A stretch of 64,000 bases of DNA from Geosiphon pyriformis uo1 (lineage: Eukaryota > Fungi > Glomeromycota). Below the pieces are notes generated by a model that had not been told where the DNA came from, made no database searches, and saw nothing but the letters and a program-made list of their open reading frames with translations. Shown in pieces: positions 52,689 to 64,000 of this stretch. A program made the position numbers and the translations under genes. How positions within the stretch are numbered: position 1 is the stretch's first letter; every line of letters begins with the position of its first letter. Location of the stretch: assembly GCA_016748015.1 (NCBI GenBank), contig JAAOMT010000571.1, positions 1 through 64,000 on the forward strand. The letters run 5' to 3'.

Positions 52689-52879
52689 TAAAGTCGAATC
52701 GGGCCGAGTTTTCATTTTAAGAAATCGAGTCAAGTTTAGTAGCCTATGACCTGATTCGACTCGTTATTTATCACGTGTAAAAATATTATTGGGTAAAATT
52801 TTATTCTCGACCAATAGAAAAAATAATGACTGATCATCTGTCATTTTTCAAGTTAAAAAAAAAAGTCGACTTGACTCTA
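52689..52879. mobile_element. hAT-like MITE (191 bp)
   Basis: 8-bp TSD TAATTAAG (52681-52688, 52880-52887); 14-bp imperfect TIRs TAAAGTCGAATCGG / TCGACTTGACTCTA (reverse complement TAGAGTCAAGTCGA) differing only by transitions. Confidence 0.82.
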
Positions 52880-53738
52880 TAATTAAGTAAGAATATAATT
52901 AATTTAAAGATAAAATATAATGTAAATAATTTATTTAATTGAATAAATATGAAAAATAAAACATTTTTTAAGATAATAGTTTTGTAAAAGCTTGAAGTTT
53001 AAATAACAATAATTTAATTTGTATTATACATAAAATAAGCATTTTAAATAAGTTTTTTTTGTTAAATTCAACATAATATACTTTTAATTGGCTTGAATAA
53101 CTGATTATATATTGAAACTGTTTAAATCATATTTATTTTAAAACATATATTGTGTTGTATAATAATTATGTTTTATTTATTAAACAATAAAAAAATTAAT
53201 TAATTAATTTGAAAAGTTATTTGTTTGTACTTGTAATTTGAAAAAAAGATTTATAATTTTACAATAAATTAATATTATAATTAAAATAAATAAATAAATA
53301 ATTTTGTGTAGATAATTTAATTAATTAATTATAATCAAAAATAATATTTTTTAAAAATTTTTTAAATTTAATGCTTTAAAGTTTTGTTTCAAATTTTAGA
53401 TTCATTTTTATATTCACACAATTTGATTTCAACTTGAAAAAAACTTATATTTTGTTATTTTGTCAGTTTGTTTTTAATGTCGACAACTACAAGTGAACTT
53501 TGATAAAAAATCGTTTTCTTTCACTATGTTGATGTAAATATTAAAAATCTTAGCTTTTTTTGGACCTCGAAAACTTAATCCTTTCCCATATTAACCTTTT
53601 TACAATTATAGATAGATTAGATACTGAGGTTAGATCAAAAGAAAATGCTACGGAAAGTAAGTTTAAACTGGATTACTATCAATCTCCGTAGGATTTTTAG
53701 TCACTTTTCAGTATTGGGTCATTTGTTGTTCATGTTTT

Positions 53739-55315
53739 TTATGAAACAATGTCCTCTTTAACGCTTTCATAAACTTCACCAATTATCTTTAACCCTTGTG
53801 CCCGTTTTTTTAAAAGAGGTTTTGGTAATCTAGAATCGGAAAGTACACGATCACATACTTCCCTTAATATACTTTCAACTTCAAGTTTGGATCCTTTCCA
53901 TAATGCCATTAGACCCTTGGGAGTACATAAGGAATGTTAAATTGAAATTAAAGAAGCTAATACCAGTAAAAAAAATTCATACTTTGGTGGCAGTTGCCTC
54001 TTCCAATTTACTTTTTTCAGTAGCATCAAGACCTTTCTTTTCTGCTTCTTGCAATTGTGTAAATGATTGCTGTAAATCTATAGCTGATTTCAGTGTAGAA
54101 ATGGTTTCACTGAACACATGTCCTTTTTCCCTGAGAATGTGGCCAAAACGAGGCAGCCCAAAAATTTGTTCTGAACCTAAATATTGTTTAGCCTTTAAGG
54201 AATAGGTAAACCCAATCGCATGCAATAATTCCACCCCATATGATTCTGTTTTGAGCTCATCTGCCTCAAGTTCTATCTTTTTTCTAAATTCGGATGCACC
54301 AGAGTTCTCACTAGCTTCAACATAGAATGATAACTTTTTTATCAAATTTTCAACCAACTTTTGAATCCGTTGCTGCTTGATTTTTTCACGTTCTTCGTCT
54401 AGGCTGGTCTTGTTTGCTTCCCGACGTGCTTTATCTTCAATAGAGGTTCCATTGTTTAACTCATCTACCGCTGCATTTTGTAAAACTTCTTTCATGTCAC
54501 GACCAATCGATATCTCGCCAATAATATCAACAAATCGATCGCCACCAAACTGTTGTCTGAAAAAATCTTCCGGGTTAACTACATAAAAGGTTATAAATAG
54601 GTTTAAACTTCAAATTTAAATGACAAACAATTGAATTATTTGTGTTTAATAAATTTCTGCTTACTGAAGCCACCTTCTGGTTCAACATTTCTTGTCCCGA
54701 ATTCATTGTATTTTTTCCTTAATTCGGGATCTGACAACACTTGATATGCGACTGAAATTTTTTTAAACTAAGTGATAATTGTAGGTACAGGTCAAATTCT
54801 TATTATTATTAGTTTTCATCATTGCAATACATTTTTAGAATTCAACTTACCAACTGTTCGGCCTCATCAGTGTTATTTTTATCTGGGTGAAATTGGAGAG
54901 CAAGCTTATAATATTGCTTTTTGATTTCACTTGCATCTGCAGTAGGTGATACGCCTAAAAGGTCGTAATATTCAGTTTCCAAAGGTTCTTGGTCTAATAG
55001 CCAAAAGTAAGCGGAATGATCACAAAGACGATCAAGTGTGATCAATAGAGTCAAAGAAGTTCACTGATTCAATTAACAACCGTTTCCAAAAAGTTTCGAA
55101 GAAGCCTTTTTCGGCCCTGTTCCATTAGCGGAATTTGTTGAGCTTGTAGCCGACAAGCCGTCATAAGAATTATTAGTTCGGCAAGAGTAACATTGTACTA
55201 TTAATTTAGAAGGGCGGAGAGTTGAATTCAGAGGAAACTCTAGCTCTTTCTGGCACTTAACACATTTTATATGAGCGTGCTCTGGCTTGTGGGAATAAAT
55301 AAGAGGAGTGCTCAT
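53739..55315 (-). CDS. J-domain co-chaperone of the Djp1/Caj1 (DnaJ + DnaJ-X) type with an N-terminal CxxC...CxxC extension (multi-exon)
   Basis: [14 protein letters not shown]...[13 protein letters not shown] (HPD) ...AYQVLSDP; DnaJ-X motifs [15 protein letters not shown] and [18 protein letters not shown]; stop TAA at 53739-53741. Confidence 0.9.
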
Positions 55316-55571
55316 TATGAATAGTACTCTTTTTCACTTATGAGTTAAAACAGAAAATACATCACCTCTTTTCACCACTTTGTTCTAAATCAATTTTAAT
55401 TGTTTTTATTCGAGGCTAGTTTCTAATTATTGAGGCTGGAGGGTGGCAACTCGAATTCCATTGGATGTATCAAAAATTTTAAAAAATTTCGAGTCTCTCT
55501 ACTGCAAAGTTTCCCTTTTCTATGTTTACCCTTTATTACACTTTTTCTTAAGTCACAAATATTTCTTCAAA
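55316..55571. promoter_or_regulatory. Probable bidirectional promoter DnaJ / RPA190
   Basis: 256 bp between divergent ATGs. Confidence 0.5.
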
Positions 55572-62072
<6,501 letters not shown>

Positions 62073-63232
62073 AAACATTTACTGTTAGAAATAATCTTCT
62101 AATTTTAGTTTACTAAACTCTTGTCCAAAAACACAAAGCTGTGATACTCCTTTTTCTTTTATTGAAAGTAATAATGTTATTGTAATAAATAAAGGTATTA
62201 ATGTTGTTTTGAACAAAATAATTTAAACCTTAATTTAAAATATTAAATTGTTTATGTTTAATACTGGTTTTTTTTTAAAATAAACAACATATTAATGAAT
62301 TTTAACTTAATTAAAAAAATATATTAAATAGAATTATAAACTACATAAAAACAAAGTTAAAAATAAATTTAAAAAACCACAATAAATTTTGTAATCTTTA
62401 TTATAATAAAAAAGTAATTTTACAAGTTCAATTTTTAAATTTTTTAATTAAATTTTAATTTTGGGTAGTTATAATTAACTTTAAAAATTTAAAAATTCTC
62501 TTATATTAACAATAAAATTAAGTACATATTTTATAAACAACATTAATAGTTAAATTATATTGTTTACAGTTAAATTAAGATTAATTGCTATAATTAAAAT
62601 TGATATTTAAAAAAAAAAACAAAGCCTTATTTTCGATTTAAAAATATTATTAGTTAAAGTTTTTTTTTAAATTACTAGAAAATTATTATTGCTATAACAT
62701 TAATATTAGTAATTATTTTTGGTTTGTTTTATTTTTTGGTTATTTAAAATATAATAATAATAATTAATGCAAAAATTATTAAAAAAAACAAAAACTTTAA
62801 CACAAACTTTAAATTAAAAATTTTTAAGATTTTTATTAATAATAATAATAACAAAGCTAAAATTAATTTTAATGTTTTTTTGAAAGAAACTTTAATTGAA
62901 AATAAATTATTAATCAAACAAAGCTGTTTTTAAAATTGAAAATTTTTTTAATTGTTGTTATCTTAATTATATTAATAAAAATATGAGTTTTTAGTTGTAA
63001 ATATTTATTATATAAATTAAAATATTATTATTTTATTTTAAACTTTAAATTATTCCAAGTTTATTAAGTTTTTAATTATTTTTAAAAAGTTTTACTTAAA
63101 AAAATATTTTTTAGTTTACTTACTATATTATACAATTAAAAATATGGGTTTAAGATTAAATATCTTGATAAATTCGGATTTAATACATTTTTTTATTTTG
63201 TAAGTTATTATAAATATATATTTTTATAACTA

Positions 63233-63235
<3 letters not shown>

Positions 63236-63269
<34 letters not shown>
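63236..63269 (+). repeat. (AAT)n microsatellite, ~11 units
   Basis: Direct reading; a shorter (ATT)n run lies at ~63444-63466. Confidence 0.9.
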
Positions 63270-64000
63270 GAATATAAATTAAATTTATTCTGATTTTAAT
63301 AATAAGTGTAGTCAAGCAAAAGAACTTTTTTTTAAACATGTTAATAATTCAAGTTATTGTTTAAAAAAGTTCTTGTTAGCTACTTTCTGACAATAATAAT
63401 TAGCTATTTTCTGTTTTATTAATTGCAATGCACCTGATTTTTAATTATTATTATTATTATTATTATTTTTAATTACAATACAGAAAATTTACATTTTATT
63501 TTGGAAAAAAGTTTCAAAAGAGCATTTCCAGGTAGGTTAACACCCAATATTAGCAGCATTATTATTTAAAAATGATTCCAAAATCATTATAATAAATAAT
63601 CTCCAATTCAAATTAGAATAGACAGTCTCGTTTATTATTATTAACATAAATAAAGCTCCAAAGATTTTGTAAGTATATGCCATTATTTGGGGATTGATTG
63701 ATTTGGTTAATTTAATAAATTTTAATAAATTTTTTTTACGGAAAAATCAAAGATAAGGTGAAAAATTTATTTTTTTTCACAAAACTCCAGTTAATTACTA
63801 TTCAAATAATTGTACTAGAGAAGAAAATGAAAGAATTAATACTGCTGTTACTTTCAAGATCTTTAATGATTGATAATAAATTTTTTATACAACCAAAATT
63901 AATTTTGGACTTTGATTTTGAGTTTGTATATATTATTTAATAATTTAAATTACTAAAAAAACACAAAAAAGAAAAGAAAAAGATTATAGAATTTATTTGA

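Noticed and set aside
62200-64000. Possible genes or TE relics after RPA190
   Set aside because: Too AT-eroded to assign a family or reading frame with confidence.

Overview
Eukaryotic, very AT-rich fungal DNA. The short GT-AG introns, gene content and TE families suggest Glomeromycotina/Mucoromycota; the elements resemble those I recall from Geosiphon-like genomes (inference, not verified). Two compact, CpG-containing islands hold five intact intron-rich housekeeping genes: ALG11 (-), a UBE2J1/Ubc6-type E2 (+) and GOS1 (-) at ~30.7-36.0 kb, then a DnaJ/DnaJ-X co-chaperone (-) and the RNA polymerase I largest subunit (+) at ~53.7-62.1 kb. The rest is mostly nested retroelements at different stages of C>T/G>A decay. 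One APE-RT-RNaseH LINE family is present as two full-length copies plus several fragments. A Ty3/gypsy-type LTR family is present as one two-LTR copy inside LINE A, a solo LTR and several relics, and there is one hAT-like MITE. The most unusual object is the LTR element at 4671-13016: gag-PR-Cys-rich domain-dUTPase-RT, RNase H/integrase missing, an unknown ~250-codon frame in the env position, and LTRs carrying a strictly 10-bp-phased array and a conserved branchpoint/polypyrimidine motif. The LINEs share a structured (hairpin/pseudoknot-like) 3' UTR and an ATGA stop-start ORF1/ORF2 junction. All translations and alignments were done by eye; relic boundaries are approximate.
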